From Clostridia bacterium (GTDB taxonomy: Bacteria > Bacillota > Clostridia > TANB77 > CAG-465), in contig JAQUGQ010000003.1 in the NCBI GenBank assembly GCA_028684095.1, positions 4,979 through 68,978 of the forward strand: a stretch of DNA of 64,000 nt. The letters run 5' to 3'. Below, in pieces: positions 31,233 through 42,687 of this stretch; the stretch's first letter is position 1; each line of letters begins with the position of its first letter. Made by a program: the position numbers and the translations under genes. Under the pieces are notes generated by a model. That model ran no database searches. It had not been told where the DNA came from and was given only the letters and a program-made list of their open reading frames with translations.

Positions 31233-32618
31233 CTATTTAATATTTATAGATATATTGCATATAACATCTATAAAACCTTTTGCTGAATTTTCACTTATAA
31301 CAATATTATTAAATTTTGATTTTAAATCCTCTAATGTTACATCATCTAAAAATATTTCTTCATCTTCTTTTAAACATACATCTGGAATCACAATTACTGC
31401 ACTATTATGTGCATTTTTTATAGTTTCTAATATATCATTACCAGTCATAAGTCCAGTAACAGTTATATTAGTTCCAAAATAGTTATTTTCTACATATCTG
31501 ACATCTATATTAACGTTACATAGTATTTCTTCTAATATTTTAGCTTTCTGTTTAATAAAATTATATGTTATTTTTCCCGTAAGTAATATTATATTTGTTT
31601 TATTATTTATATTATTTACTCGTATCTGTTTTAATATTTTCTTTTTTAATTTAAGTATATCTTTATTAAACTCATCTTCAAAAACAGCAATCATTCCTAC
31701 ACCATTTTCAAGCTGAGCAAAATCTTCATACTCTTTATATTCAGGTATATCAATTTCTGCTTTTATATAAAATTCATCAGATAAATATACTAAGTTTGTC
31801 CCAAACTCTTCTTTGAACTCTTTTTGAAATTTACTTACATTTTGTATTACATCTAAACAGTCTTCTTTTGTCTGAGGAAGTAGTTTATATAAATTATCTC
31901 TATGTTTACTTATTCCTACAGGAACAATAGATATACTTTTGATCATAGGCATGTACTTAGATACGTCTTGTAACGTCTTATACAGTACCTCTTTATCGTT
32001 TATATCCTTGCATAGTACTATTTGTAAGTTCATGTCAATTTTAGCTTCATATAAGCTATCTATATACTTTAGTACTTTACCAGCATTTTTATTATTTAGC
32101 ATCATGCAACGAATTTCTTCATCTGTTGTATGTAATGATATATTTATAGGTGATATTCTGTATTTTATAATTCTTTCAATATCGCTTTGTTTCATATTTG
32201 TAAGTGTTATATAGTTACCAGAAAAAAATGATAATCTATAATCATCATCCTTAAATATTAATGTATCTCTAACTTGTGCTGGCAATTGTTCCATAAAGCA
32301 GAATATACATTTGTTATGACAATTTTTAGGTTTATCTATAAGTTCTGTTTCAAATACTAATCCTAAATCATCATACTGATCTTTTTCTACCTCATATATT
32401 TCTGTTTCACCTTGTAAATTTTCAAACTCTATTTCTAAAAATTCATCCACAATCAAATATTTATAATCTAATATATCTATTATTTTAGATCCATTTATAC
32501 TTAGTAATTTAAAGCCTTTATTAATACCCATTTCATCGGATATACTACTTTTTACTACATCTTTTATTATGTTAGCTCTATCTTTTAAATTGTAACTAGT
32601 TTCATATTTATTTTTCAA
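31233..32618 (-). CDS. DUF512/TIGR03279-type radical SAM-like protein with N-terminal PDZ-like region
   Basis: CHNKCIFCFMEQLP cysteine motif. 461 aa. Confidence 0.6.
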   Translation of the reverse strand: MKNKYETSYNLKDRANIIKDVVKSSISDEMGINKGFKLLSINGSKIIDILDYKYLIVDEFLEIEFENLQGETEIYEVEKDQYDDLGLVFETELIDKPKNCHNKCIFCFMEQLPAQVRDTLIFKDDDYRLSFFSGNYITLTNMKQSDIERIIKYRISPINISLHTTDEEIRCMMLNNKNAGKVLKYIDSLYEAKIDMNLQIVLCKDINDKEVLYKTLQDVSKYMPMIKSISIVPVGISKHRDNLYKLLPQTKEDCLDVIQNVSKFQKEFKEEFGTNLVYLSDEFYIKAEIDIPEYKEYEDFAQLENGVGMIAVFEDEFNKDILKLKKKILKQIRVNNINNKTNIILLTGKITYNFIKQKAKILEEILCNVNIDVRYVENNYFGTNITVTGLMTGNDILETIKNAHNSAVIVIPDVCLKEDEEIFLDDVTLEDLKSKFNNIVISENSAKGFIDVICNISINIK

Positions 32619-32684
32619 GAATAATATACCTCCTTAAATAATGTCATATAAATAAAAAACTCCACAAGCTGTGGAGTAAAATAA

Positions 32685-32882
32685 CTATTTTGTTTCTTTT
32701 TCTTTGCTTTTAATTACTATAACTTGTTTATTATCATAGAATCCGCAACTTGGACAAGTAATGTGAGAAAGTACTGCTTCACCACAATTTGAACATTTAG
32801 ATAAATTAAGTTTGTCTAATTTCCATGTAGAACGTTTTAGATGTGTTCTTTCTTTCGACCATCTTCTTTTTGGACATGCCAT
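32685..32882 (-). CDS. rpmF: 50S ribosomal protein L32 (zinc-ribbon type)
   Basis: MACPKRRWSKERTHLKR...CSNCGEAVLSHITCPSCG. Confidence 0.85.
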   Translation of the reverse strand: MACPKRRWSKERTHLKRSTWKLDKLNLSKCSNCGEAVLSHITCPSCGFYDNKQVIVIKSKEKETK

Positions 32883-33146
32883 TTATATAATCCCCCTTTT
32901 GTATAAAAGAAATATAATAATATTCAAGTGAATGATTATATAATTTCTATGTTTTATTTATTACCAATATATTATATCCTATATTTAATTCAAAGTCAAT
33001 ATGTTTTTTAAAAGTTTACTTGTATTTAGTTATTTTTAAGTAAAACTGCTAGTTTTAGATTTTATATTACAGCAATCAATACTTATTTTGTAAAATAACT
33101 TGATAGTTTAATTTGTTTTATGATATAATTAATTCAGGTGATTTAT

Positions 33147-33426
33147 TTGAATATTGGGTTATGTCTAATTATCTATATACTATTAATCAATATTATATCA
33201 TTTTTCGTAATGAAATCTGATAAAATTAGAGCTAAAAAAGGTCAAAGAAGAATAAGTGAAAAATCTATATTTATATTCGCTTTGTTTTTACGGTGCAACC
33301 GGTGTATATGCTGGAATGCAGAAATATAGGCATAAAACCAAACATTTTAAATTTGTTGTTTTTATACCTATATTAATTTTCTTTAATATTTTAACCATTT
33401 ATTATATTTTTACTAATTTAGTATAA
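33147..33426 (+). pseudogene. DUF1294 family small membrane protein interrupted by a one-base frameshift at 33291 (CGG codon)
   Basis: The zero frame reads ...KIRAKKGQRRISEKSIFIFALFL RCNRCICWNAEI*. The +1 frame reads GATGVYAGMQKYRHKTKHFKFVVFIPILIFF..., which is the conserved DUF1294 core (ALxGGxxGAxxGMxxFRHKTKH). Deleting the C at 33291 joins them. AGGTGA RBS and TTG start at 33147. Confidence 0.6.
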
Positions 33427-35778
33427 TACTTGACTGTTACCAAATTTACTTACTACAATTGTTATATCATCATGTAATACATTTTTAAATTCTTTTAAAA
33501 CATGTTTATGTAGCTCATTTGCAATTTCTCTAGAAGTTCTTGAAGTATCTATATTAGTTAATATTTTTGTAAAATAATTATCGTTTATGTTCATATCATC
33601 ATTTACTATACCATCAGAAATTTGTAATATTATATCTTGTTTGTTTAACTTTTTAGATATTGGAACATACTCATTATCATTTATAAGTCCTACAGGTATA
33701 TTACATGAACTTATTGTAATTATTTTACCATTTTGAATTATATATGTTGGAGCAGCCCCGAGTTTTATATACTCAGCTTCTCCATTTTCTAAATCTGCTA
33801 TTACTATATCTAGTGTTGCAAAATTATTTTCATCCTGTTTCATTTTTATTATTGTATTTATAATCTGTATTGCTTTATCTTTTTCAAATCCACCTTTTAA
33901 TAATTTCTCTAACATATCAATTACAATTTTACTACTTTTTTCTGCCTCTGGACCACTACCTGCACCATCACTTATGGCTGACATATATTTACTAATTCCT
34001 AAATCCATAGATAGATATGAGTCCCCTGATATTAATTCATTAGTTTTACAACTTTTTGCTATTCCAACTTCCAAACTATATTTTGGCATTGAAACAAGTT
34101 TTATTCTTGATCGTTCACTCTTACTTATATTTAATAATAACTTAATATGCATAGGTTTTTCTAACATATTTGATACTAGTTTAATTATTTCTTTCTTTTG
34201 TTTATCTATATCATTTAGTATATCAGTTATGAAGGTGTATTCAATATAATTATTATCTATATTAAAATCATCCTCATATACCATATATCCATGTAGCTTT
34301 AATTCATCTCTTAAATTTTTAACATTTTTTTCGGATTTTGCTGGTACATTTTTAATATTTTTAGATATATTAGATATTATGTTAGAAACTTCTTTATATT
34401 GCTTTGATAACTTTTTACTTGTTTCTTCTTCTTTCTTTTTAAGCATTCTCATTATTTTCATACTACTATATACTTCATTTATATCTTTAATAATTTTAGT
34501 TGATTCTTCGCATTTTACGTTAAGCATAGAATTAGATATATCTTCTTTATTTTCAAGTTTTGATGATATATAATCAACAGACATTTTAAGATTTTCATCA
34601 CCTATGCATTCATATTTTTTTGCACAACCAATACAGTTGTTATGAGCATAATCTTCTATATATCTTTGTATAACTTCTCTTGTTTCTATTTTATCTTCAC
34701 TAGTTGTCTCAAGTGTTATTTCTGATAGACTATTAAAAACTCCAGAAACCGCATCTAATCTATTTCTAACGTCACTTCCAAAATCCAATAAATTTTCGTA
34801 TGAACTTTTAAGTGTAGAATTTATATTAAAAAATTCATTTATTTTTTTCTCTAACTTTTTAGGCATAAATAAAAGTGGTATTGAAGCAATTAAAATTTCT
34901 ATTAAAGTAGTAGAAAAATATGAAGAACTACCTACAAAATAGTTTACAACAAATGTCCCTGCAACAAATCCAATAATTACTGCTATTTTACCTATTTTAC
35001 CTAATAGTCCTGCAAGCATACCACTAAATGCAAGTGTTACAATATATGTCAAGTTTGTTTGTCCTAAAGAAGATATAATAAGGCCTATTATAAGACCAGA
35101 ACAGCAGCCTAATATTGGACCATTTTTCCATCCATATATTAGAACACATGCTATACCAAAAATATTCATAACTGAAATATCTAATATACTTGTATATCTA
35201 AGTCCTGCTATTAAAAAAGCTATTATACAAAGCATAGCGATATTTTCTTCTTGCGAAAAAACATATCCCTTTTTGTAGTTCAATATTACATAGATACCAG
35301 ATAAAAATACAATGTACAGTATAGCTACCAATAATATTTCATATATTGATAAAACTATAGTTAAATCTTTTATTAATAATAAATTTATTATTTTAACAAT
35401 TGATACAGATAATATGAGCTTAATCATTGCACTATATTTTCTGCTTATTCCTTCTACATTAATCATTACAGTAAAGAAAGTAAATATCACAAAAAACAAG
35501 GTTAAGCTAATTATTTCAGTTATTGAAAATGCAGATATTATCATACCTAGTACACTAGATAAAAATACTGCTAATAATGGAACATTAAATATGCTAGCAA
35601 CTCCAAGCATAACATATCCAAATGGATTAAGTCCACCTGTCAAAGTTTGCATTGATAGAATTATAGATAAAACTATAAATACTATCGTTTTAAAGCTAAC
35701 AATATTTTTTTTAATTTGTGAAGTATGACTCATATCATTATCTAATATATCATCTTCCAAATATTCATTATACACCAT
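33418..35778 (-). CDS. spoIIE: Stage II sporulation protein E (PP2C phosphatase with ~10 N-terminal TM helices)
   Basis: 786 aa with a polytopic N-terminal half and a C-terminal PP2C domain (GDSYLSMDLG...ISDGAGSGPEAEKSS...DNFATLDIVIADLENGEAEYIKLGAAPTYI). Confidence 0.85.
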   Translation of the reverse strand: MVYNEYLEDDILDNDMSHTSQIKKNIVSFKTIVFIVLSIILSMQTLTGGLNPFGYVMLGVASIFNVPLLAVFLSSVLGMIISAFSITEIISLTLFFVIFTFFTVMINVEGISRKYSAMIKLILSVSIVKIINLLLIKDLTIVLSIYEILLVAILYIVFLSGIYVILNYKKGYVFSQEENIAMLCIIAFLIAGLRYTSILDISVMNIFGIACVLIYGWKNGPILGCCSGLIIGLIISSLGQTNLTYIVTLAFSGMLAGLLGKIGKIAVIIGFVAGTFVVNYFVGSSSYFSTTLIEILIASIPLLFMPKKLEKKINEFFNINSTLKSSYENLLDFGSDVRNRLDAVSGVFNSLSEITLETTSEDKIETREVIQRYIEDYAHNNCIGCAKKYECIGDENLKMSVDYISSKLENKEDISNSMLNVKCEESTKIIKDINEVYSSMKIMRMLKKKEEETSKKLSKQYKEVSNIISNISKNIKNVPAKSEKNVKNLRDELKLHGYMVYEDDFNIDNNYIEYTFITDILNDIDKQKKEIIKLVSNMLEKPMHIKLLLNISKSERSRIKLVSMPKYSLEVGIAKSCKTNELISGDSYLSMDLGISKYMSAISDGAGSGPEAEKSSKIVIDMLEKLLKGGFEKDKAIQIINTIIKMKQDENNFATLDIVIADLENGEAEYIKLGAAPTYIIQNGKIITISSCNIPVGLINDNEYVPISKKLNKQDIILQISDGIVNDDMNINDNYFTKILTNIDTSRTSREIANELHKHVLKEFKNVLHDDITIVVSKFGNSQVLY

Positions 35779-35949
35779 TTATTACACCTCTTTTATTACT
35801 TTTTATACTACGTATTATACTATATATCTTATAGATATTTTGTCATATTTTATGCTTTATCAATATTTTTTTAATTTCGAACAAATATATCAAAACAGTA
35901 CTTTATTAATACCATTTTGATATATTTTCTTTTGTATAAATTATATTAT

Positions 35950-37179
35950 TTATCCTTTATTTTTTGCTTTAATCACTTTCTTTTCTTTTTTAGGCTTCTT
36001 TTCTTTTACTTTATCATCTTTTTTTGTTTTTTTAGATTTAACACTACTAGTAACATTTTTTATTTTCTTAACTATTTTATCTTTCAAACTAACTTTTTTA
36101 ATTAAATTTTCATTATTATCAATAGTTATTTCTTCATTTTTTTCTATAATTTCTACTTTTCCAAGTGCATTACCAATGATTTTTTTAGCTACTTCATCTT
36201 CTGCTGTTTCATAAGCTCTATCAAGTATAAAAGTATCTAATTCATCATACATAAAATTAGTAACTAATTTTGAATACTCTAAATATTCATCTTCTGTCTT
36301 TATAGTTCTATGAACATCATTTACCATAGTTTTTATTTTCATATCATAAATTTCTTTATACATTCTTATATAATCTTTTAAAGTTACGACATCAGAAGCT
36401 AAACTTTCATTATATATTTTAATTAATTTAAAAAATACCTTATCTACAATTTTAAAATATCTATAAGAGTTTTTGCATATATTAATTAATATTTTAAATT
36501 CATACATGTGTCTATCTAAATCTGATCCTATACCTTTAATCATTGTTTCTATAACAAATTCTATAAGTTCTCTTTCATCACTAGGTAATCTTGCTATATC
36601 ATAATTATCATTTATATATCCTACATAATCATCTATTACTTCAAACATTTCTTTATACATATTTTCTATATACTCATCTGTTTGAATTTTTGTATCAATT
36701 TCACTAGCTGCTTTTACTAAATTATTATATCTCTTATTTTTACCTTCATCTTTTATATTTTGCTTAACTTCTTCTATTACTGAAGATAAAATAAGTAAAT
36801 GATATTTTACATCCTCTTTAAATTTAAATTTTGATTTTGTAACTCTATCATATTCCATTTCAAGAAATATTTTTTGAAGTTTAAGTCTTTCTGTTTTATC
36901 TGTAGAATTAATACCTGAAATAATATCTTCTGAATATGATATTTTAAGTTCATACATTTCTCTTTGCATTATATCATATTGGTACTTAACAAATATTATT
37001 TCTCTTAATATATTTTGTTGATATTCTTTTTGTTCTTCTTTTTCTAATTTATTTATATTATTTAAATGCTCATCAATCGCTCTATTCATCTTGCTCATGT
37101 TAACCATTATAACAACCGCCTGAATCACTCTGTCAAATATATTAATTTTTTTCTTTTCGCTAACTACTATATCTGCCAT
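35950..37179 (-). CDS. Hypothetical protein with a Lys-rich C-terminal tail
   Basis: 409 aa ending KSKKTKKDDKVKEKKPKKEKKVIKAKNKG. No recognisable domain. Confidence 0.4.
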   Translation of the reverse strand: MADIVVSEKKKINIFDRVIQAVVIMVNMSKMNRAIDEHLNNINKLEKEEQKEYQQNILREIIFVKYQYDIMQREMYELKISYSEDIISGINSTDKTERLKLQKIFLEMEYDRVTKSKFKFKEDVKYHLLILSSVIEEVKQNIKDEGKNKRYNNLVKAASEIDTKIQTDEYIENMYKEMFEVIDDYVGYINDNYDIARLPSDERELIEFVIETMIKGIGSDLDRHMYEFKILINICKNSYRYFKIVDKVFFKLIKIYNESLASDVVTLKDYIRMYKEIYDMKIKTMVNDVHRTIKTEDEYLEYSKLVTNFMYDELDTFILDRAYETAEDEVAKKIIGNALGKVEIIEKNEEITIDNNENLIKKVSLKDKIVKKIKNVTSSVKSKKTKKDDKVKEKKPKKEKKVIKAKNKG

Positions 37180-37331
37180 ATTCTAGCCCCCTTTATATTT
37201 CAAATATATTATACATTGTTTTAAATGATTAAGCAAGTATTTTATACAAATATTGATAAAATTTATTGTTTTTCACACGTAATAAATAAACAAACTGCTG
37301 ACAAATTTATTGTCAGCAGCTTGTTATAATG

Positions 37332-38006
37332 TTATTTAACATAATCTTTAATATTGTATTCTGTTATTCCTTTAATAGAGTCAATACATATAAGTGGTGG
37401 GATAGTTTCACTAATTTCGTCTCTAAAAACAGTCCTTATGTATTTACATCCAATAGAAAATGTAATACTATCATTTTCTTTTGAATAAATACAGTATATT
37501 CCTCTTGTAAATTTTATTAATTTTCGACTTTCAATCTCATGTTCAATAGCCTGATTATTCCATTTAGAAATATTATCCATACATTCAAATGGATTAGAAA
37601 ATTTACCACAATATTGTATTACTCTTAGAACTTTTTTACCAAAGAATACATATTTTGTATCCCTAGTTTGTTCCATTTTTTTCTTCTTAGCAAGTGTAAT
37701 GATTTCAATAAATTCTTTATATTCTGTATTACATATACTAATTAAACCTATTTGAATTAAATCAATTTTTGGAGTAATTTGAGCATATCCAGATTTTGCA
37801 ATCAGAAAATTATTTAATTCATCGCTCACATTTTGATTGATTACACTATCTTCTTCTGTTATAATCCAAGAATATTGAAATGTATAATCTTCAAATTGTT
37901 CATAATACTTTACTAAGATTGTTTCTTCATTAAATATTGCAATCACTGATTCATTCGTTTCTTTTGATATTCTCATCATTTTTTTAATTTCGTCAAAATA
38001 ACACAC
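37332..38006 (-). CDS. Hypothetical protein
   Basis: 224-aa ORF with no recognisable motifs. Confidence 0.35.
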   Translation of the reverse strand: MCYFDEIKKMMRISKETNESVIAIFNEETILVKYYEQFEDYTFQYSWIITEEDSVINQNVSDELNNFLIAKSGYAQITPKIDLIQIGLISICNTEYKEFIEIITLAKKKKMEQTRDTKYVFFGKKVLRVIQYCGKFSNPFECMDNISKWNNQAIEHEIESRKLIKFTRGIYCIYSKENDSITFSIGCKYIRTVFRDEISETIPPLICIDSIKGITEYNIKDYVK

Positions 38007-38084
38007 AATACTTCTTACCTCCTAATTATATTTGGTAGCATCATAATTTATAATTAACTATTATACCATAATTTCCATCAAAAG

Positions 38085-40517
38085 TCAATATTTAACCATT
38101 AAACCGCCATTTTTTTCTGTTATACGAGTTTCTATATTATATTTTTTAAGTATATCTTCTACAATATAACTTGGATGACCATATACTGATTTTTTAGAAG
38201 AAATAACTGATAGTTTAGTATTTATATTTTTAAGTAAATAATCTGAAGTAGATGTATTAGAACCGTGATGACCAATTTGCAGTGCCTGTATATTATTTAA
38301 TTTATCTATATACATATTATTATTTTCTAAATTAAAGATATCATCTAACATTACTTTTTCACTTTCTATGGTGCTATCCCCCATAAATAAAAAATTTGAA
38401 TTTTTAATTGATATCATAGCTATTATGGAATTAGAATTAACTTTATCCTTAGAAATAATTATTTCTCTGTCTCTAGGATTTAGTATATGTATTATGGTAT
38501 TTTTATCAATCATAATTTTATCAAATTTTTCTACCATTATCTGTTTTATTTTTAACCTATTTAAAAGATTTTCAAATTCTAAATAACTAACACTATTTTC
38601 TGTAAAATTATTTGAAGAAATATAATCTTTATTTTTAGGAATTGAATATATAACTGATTCTATATTTATACTATTTTCATTCGTTTTTTCTTCTAATTTA
38701 AACAAACCACTTATATGATCACTATGAAGATGTGTTACAATAAAAAAATCTATTTTCTGTATATTATAAGCATTTAAAAAACTCTCTAATATACTTTCAA
38801 TACTAGCTTTTCCAGTTGTACCCATATCAATCAGTATTACTTTATTTCCACTTTTAATTAAAGACATATTTCCCTGTTCTACATTAAAGTAATATGTAAA
38901 ACTTAAAAAATATGTTGTATATATATTAAAATATATTATATACATAATACATAAAATAAATATCATTTTAATTATTAAATTGGTATTTATGTTTTTAAAT
39001 TTATATTTAAAATAAAAACCTATTTTATAACCGTAAAACATAAATATAACAAGTACATAATAGCACAACATAGTTAAAAAATTTGGTGTTGGTAAGCTTA
39101 TTTCCATTATGTTAAAAGTCATTAAAATATTAACTATTTTAATGATAATCCATAATATCAGGTAATTAAGATTGGATAAAACATCTGATATATAAGGTAT
39201 TTGACATAAAAAAAGAAATAAAAAGCCTATCATAAGTTGTATAGTTGAAACAACATATATGACTATATTTGATAATATTGAAATAAATGTAAAAGAATTA
39301 AATATATATATTTGAATTGGCAGTATCAAAATTTGAACTGAAAAATATAAAGACAGTATCATTGATAACAATTTTAATAATTTGTACACTATAAGTATTC
39401 CTAATGTACTTTCATTTACTTTTATCTTTTTAACATTATTATAACCAATTATTTTTATTATGCATACCTCAAACAAACTATTAATTTGATTGTTAAACAA
39501 TATTATTCCAATAAATGCTGAAAATGACAATATAAATGATATATTAAAGATACAAAACGGATTATATATGATAATTAAAAAAATTGCTAAAATAATGGAA
39601 AAAAAAACATTTAACTTGATTGATATTAAAGAAGTTAATAAATAAATGATTGATATTATACTTGCTCTTATTACAGATATTTCAAACTCTGATATCGCAC
39701 AAAAAACAAATATAAATATAGAAATGACTACAAATGATATAACTTTATTTGTTTTAAACTTTTTAAATATGAAAGTAAATATTAAAATAACTATTCCAAC
39801 ATTACTACCAGATACTGCTAATAAATGTGATAACCCAAGTTTAGTAAAACTTATCTTTATATCTTCATCTAAATTAGAGTCATCACCATATATCATACTT
39901 TTAAATAAATTTGCCTCTATATATGGTAATTTACTATCTATCTTACTTTCTAAATTTTCTCTAAATTTATATATATATGTAAGTATATTAAACTTTAATT
40001 TATCTTCCTTAACTGCTTCATATGTCATTATAGTTGCAACTATATTTTTTGAATTTAAATACTTTTTATAATCAAACTCATGTAAATTATTAAGTGATTT
40101 AGGTATTACTATCTTACCTTTTATTTTAACAATATCACCATACTTGAAATTACTATAATTCATATAATAAATTTCTTCATCAGTTTGAGTTATTATATTT
40201 TTATCTTTATATATATTTAATATAAATCTATCTGTAAATTTTTTTTCTTCTTTTATCTTTACTAAATAGCTTATGTAAGTTTCAGTTTGTTTTTCTTTAC
40301 TAAGTATAAGTAAAGAAATATTTTTATTATATTCTTCATTTGTATATTTATAATTGAATAAATATACACTAAATATAATCCTAGTTATTATTAATACTAT
40401 AGTAATAATAATAACTAAATATTTATGTTTATTTATATATTTATGTAAGCTTTTTAATTTTATATAATTCAATATATTAAAAACAAAAAAGTTGTGTAGA
40501 TTGATTCTTTCTTTCAT
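38085..40517 (-). CDS. comEC: DNA internalisation competence protein ComEC/Rec2 (with C-terminal MBL domain)
   Basis: Polytopic competence domain (LSHLLAVSGSNVGIV) plus a C-terminal metallo-beta-lactamase motif FFIVTHLHSDHISG. Confidence 0.85.
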   Translation of the reverse strand: MKERINLHNFFVFNILNYIKLKSLHKYINKHKYLVIIITIVLIITRIIFSVYLFNYKYTNEEYNKNISLLILSKEKQTETYISYLVKIKEEKKFTDRFILNIYKDKNIITQTDEEIYYMNYSNFKYGDIVKIKGKIVIPKSLNNLHEFDYKKYLNSKNIVATIMTYEAVKEDKLKFNILTYIYKFRENLESKIDSKLPYIEANLFKSMIYGDDSNLDEDIKISFTKLGLSHLLAVSGSNVGIVILIFTFIFKKFKTNKVISFVVISIFIFVFCAISEFEISVIRASIISIIYLLTSLISIKLNVFFSIILAIFLIIIYNPFCIFNISFILSFSAFIGIILFNNQINSLFEVCIIKIIGYNNVKKIKVNESTLGILIVYKLLKLLSMILSLYFSVQILILPIQIYIFNSFTFISILSNIVIYVVSTIQLMIGFLFLFLCQIPYISDVLSNLNYLILWIIIKIVNILMTFNIMEISLPTPNFLTMLCYYVLVIFMFYGYKIGFYFKYKFKNINTNLIIKMIFILCIMYIIYFNIYTTYFLSFTYYFNVEQGNMSLIKSGNKVILIDMGTTGKASIESILESFLNAYNIQKIDFFIVTHLHSDHISGLFKLEEKTNENSINIESVIYSIPKNKDYISSNNFTENSVSYLEFENLLNRLKIKQIMVEKFDKIMIDKNTIIHILNPRDREIIISKDKVNSNSIIAMISIKNSNFLFMGDSTIESEKVMLDDIFNLENNNMYIDKLNNIQALQIGHHGSNTSTSDYLLKNINTKLSVISSKKSVYGHPSYIVEDILKKYNIETRITEKNGGLMVKY

Positions 40518-40621
40518 ATATATATTCTAGCATAGGTATTATACGATGTAAATACAAAATCTATCCAAAAAATGCCGAAAAAAAGAAGATATAAATATCC
40601 TCTTTTTTTACAAGTATGTTA

Positions 40622-40942
40622 TTAAACTTGAGTTTCTTCTGTCTGTTGAATCTCTTGAACTTGTTGTTGAGGTTGATATTCTTGAGCTTCTTCAGTATCA
40701 TTGTATTTTTCGATAACCATAGCTTGTATCATTTCTCTTGTTTCAGTGTTTATTGGATGAGCTATATCTTTAAATTCTCCGTTTGGAGTTTTTCTACTAG
40801 GCATAGCAATAAATAAACCTTTATCACTTTCAATGATTTTTATATCATGTATTACAAATACATCATCGATAGTTATAGAAGCTATTGCTTTCATCCTGTT
40901 CTGAGAAATTACTTTTCTTACTCTTATATCAGTTATTATCAT
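40622..40942 (-). CDS. spoVG: Septation protein SpoVG
   Basis: [65 protein letters not shown] is a near-canonical SpoVG. Confidence 0.9.
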   Translation of the reverse strand: MIITDIRVRKVISQNRMKAIASITIDDVFVIHDIKIIESDKGLFIAMPSRKTPNGEFKDIAHPINTETREMIQAMVIEKYNDTEEAQEYQPQQQVQEIQQTEETQV

Positions 40943-41045
40943 AATGTTACACCGCCTTCCTTTATTAGTATAATATATTATACTTAAAAGATTTCAATAA
41001 GTCAATAGTATATTTTAAAAAAAGCAAAAATTACCAAATATATTA

Positions 41046-41732
41046 CTAATTAAATAGAATTTTTTCTCTTTTTATATTATACTCTAGATTTTGTGATATA
41101 TATTCACAAAAACCACTCATTATTATATCTGGCTTCAAGTTACTTTTGGAACCTGCATTTACAGTAATTTCTAAATTTCCATCAAGTAAAAAATCATATG
41201 ATATTATCATTGGCTTTATATCAATTCTTTCTATTCTTTCTATTCTTTCTGTAGATTTTTTAATAACTAACAAAAAATCTTGTTCTAAATATTCTGATAA
41301 TTTTAATTTATACCACATTTTTAAATTTTCGATTTGTCTTTTATCTTTTCCTAGCAACATCACATTGCTATAACATATTTCAATTGTATATGTTGCTGCA
41401 TATACTCTAGACATTATACTTTTTTCACTTAAATTTATATACTCTGCTGATAATATAGTAATTGAAACGGGTAGAACTTTATTTAATTCCCTAACCAAAT
41501 ATGCTATAGGTAACTCTTCTACTAATATAGCCTCAAATATTTCTCCCTTACTTTCAATTCCTACTGATAAAGGATGTGCAAATACAATTTCAGGTCTAGG
41601 ATTATAACCTTTGCTATATTCTAGTGGAATATTAGCCCTTCTAAAGGTTTTCTCAAAAACTCCAATTATATCCAAATGAGACAAAAACATAGACTCTTTT
41701 GATTTACTATATACTGCTCTTAATTTAACCAT
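41046..41732 (-). CDS. TIGR03936/DUF2344 radical-SAM-associated protein
   Basis: MVKLRAVYSKSKESMFLSHLDIIGVFEKTFRRANIPLEYSKGYNPRPEIVFAHPLSVG matches DUF2344. Contains a 9-bp x3 in-frame tandem repeat (ERIERIERI). Confidence 0.6.
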   Translation of the reverse strand: MVKLRAVYSKSKESMFLSHLDIIGVFEKTFRRANIPLEYSKGYNPRPEIVFAHPLSVGIESKGEIFEAILVEELPIAYLVRELNKVLPVSITILSAEYINLSEKSIMSRVYAATYTIEICYSNVMLLGKDKRQIENLKMWYKLKLSEYLEQDFLLVIKKSTERIERIERIDIKPMIISYDFLLDGNLEITVNAGSKSNLKPDIIMSGFCEYISQNLEYNIKREKILFN

Positions 41733-41849
41733 TTTTTTATCCCCTTTTCATTCCAAATTTTCAATATTCTTATGTGTAAATAGTATATCACAATAATAAC
41801 AAATGTCAATATTTATTATATACATAATTAAAGCCACCTTATTTAAGTA

Positions 41850-41903
41850 AGATGACTAATATTTTAATTGGAGCAATATTCCAACAGGCATTAAACCTTT
41901 TTT
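41850..41903. repeat. Intergenic conserved repeat, copy 1 of 5 (core TTGGAGCAATATTCCAACAGGCATTAAACCTTTTTT)
   Basis: Immediately 3' of the MTase stop. Shares the 36-bp core with the other four copies. Confidence 0.7.
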
Positions 41904-41904
41904 A

Positions 41905-42654
41905 TCATTGTTTTTTAATTAACTTCATTATTAAAAATGATGGCTTATGTATCTCTTTTATTCGATCAGGAAATTTTTTGATTATTTCCTTTGATGGTAT
42001 TGGTTCAATTAATTGAACTATTTCAAAACCAGTCTCTGTTATAGTGTTAATGATCTCAGCAAAGGTACGATGAAACATTTCTAATTTTCCACTAAAATAA
42101 TTAGTTTCTCTAAAACCACTTTTACCATAATCTGATAAATGATAGTAATCATGTCCTTCTTCGTCTTTTGACCACGATCTACCATTTAATGGTGCTGTCG
42201 AAAATGGATGGATTTGAGAAAAAACAACAATTCCTTTTTCCTCTAATAAATTATATATATTTTTCATAGCAATTTTAAAATCACTAATATAGTTGAATAC
42301 AATGTCACTAATCACGATATCAAATTTGTCATTCAATTTATCCAAATCATAAATATTCATCTCTTTATATTCCACATTTTCATTTTTATTATGTCTGTTA
42401 GCATAATCAATAGCTCTTCTTGCTATATCTATACCTACTACTCTTTTAGCACCAATTTGAGAAAAGTAATAAACAAAATCACCAGTACCGCAACCAACGT
42501 CTAAAACTTTTTTGCCTTCAACACTTCCGACTAAATCAATAATAGTTGGATTTACCTCAATACTGTGCGGACTATTTTCATCATGCCTATATTTTAGATA
42601 CTCATCAAATATTTGCTCATCATCATAAATACTATAATTACTCATCCTAATCAC
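41905..42654 (-). CDS. Class I SAM-dependent methyltransferase
   Basis: Motif I VLDVGCGTGDFVYYFSQIGAKRVVGIDIARRAIDYA. Confidence 0.8.
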   Translation of the reverse strand: MIRMSNYSIYDDEQIFDEYLKYRHDENSPHSIEVNPTIIDLVGSVEGKKVLDVGCGTGDFVYYFSQIGAKRVVGIDIARRAIDYANRHNKNENVEYKEMNIYDLDKLNDKFDIVISDIVFNYISDFKIAMKNIYNLLEEKGIVVFSQIHPFSTAPLNGRSWSKDEEGHDYYHLSDYGKSGFRETNYFSGKLEMFHRTFAEIINTITETGFEIVQLIEPIPSKEIIKKFPDRIKEIHKPSFLIMKLIKKQ

Positions 42655-42687
42655 CTCTATTAATCATATCTCATTTTACTAAAAATC

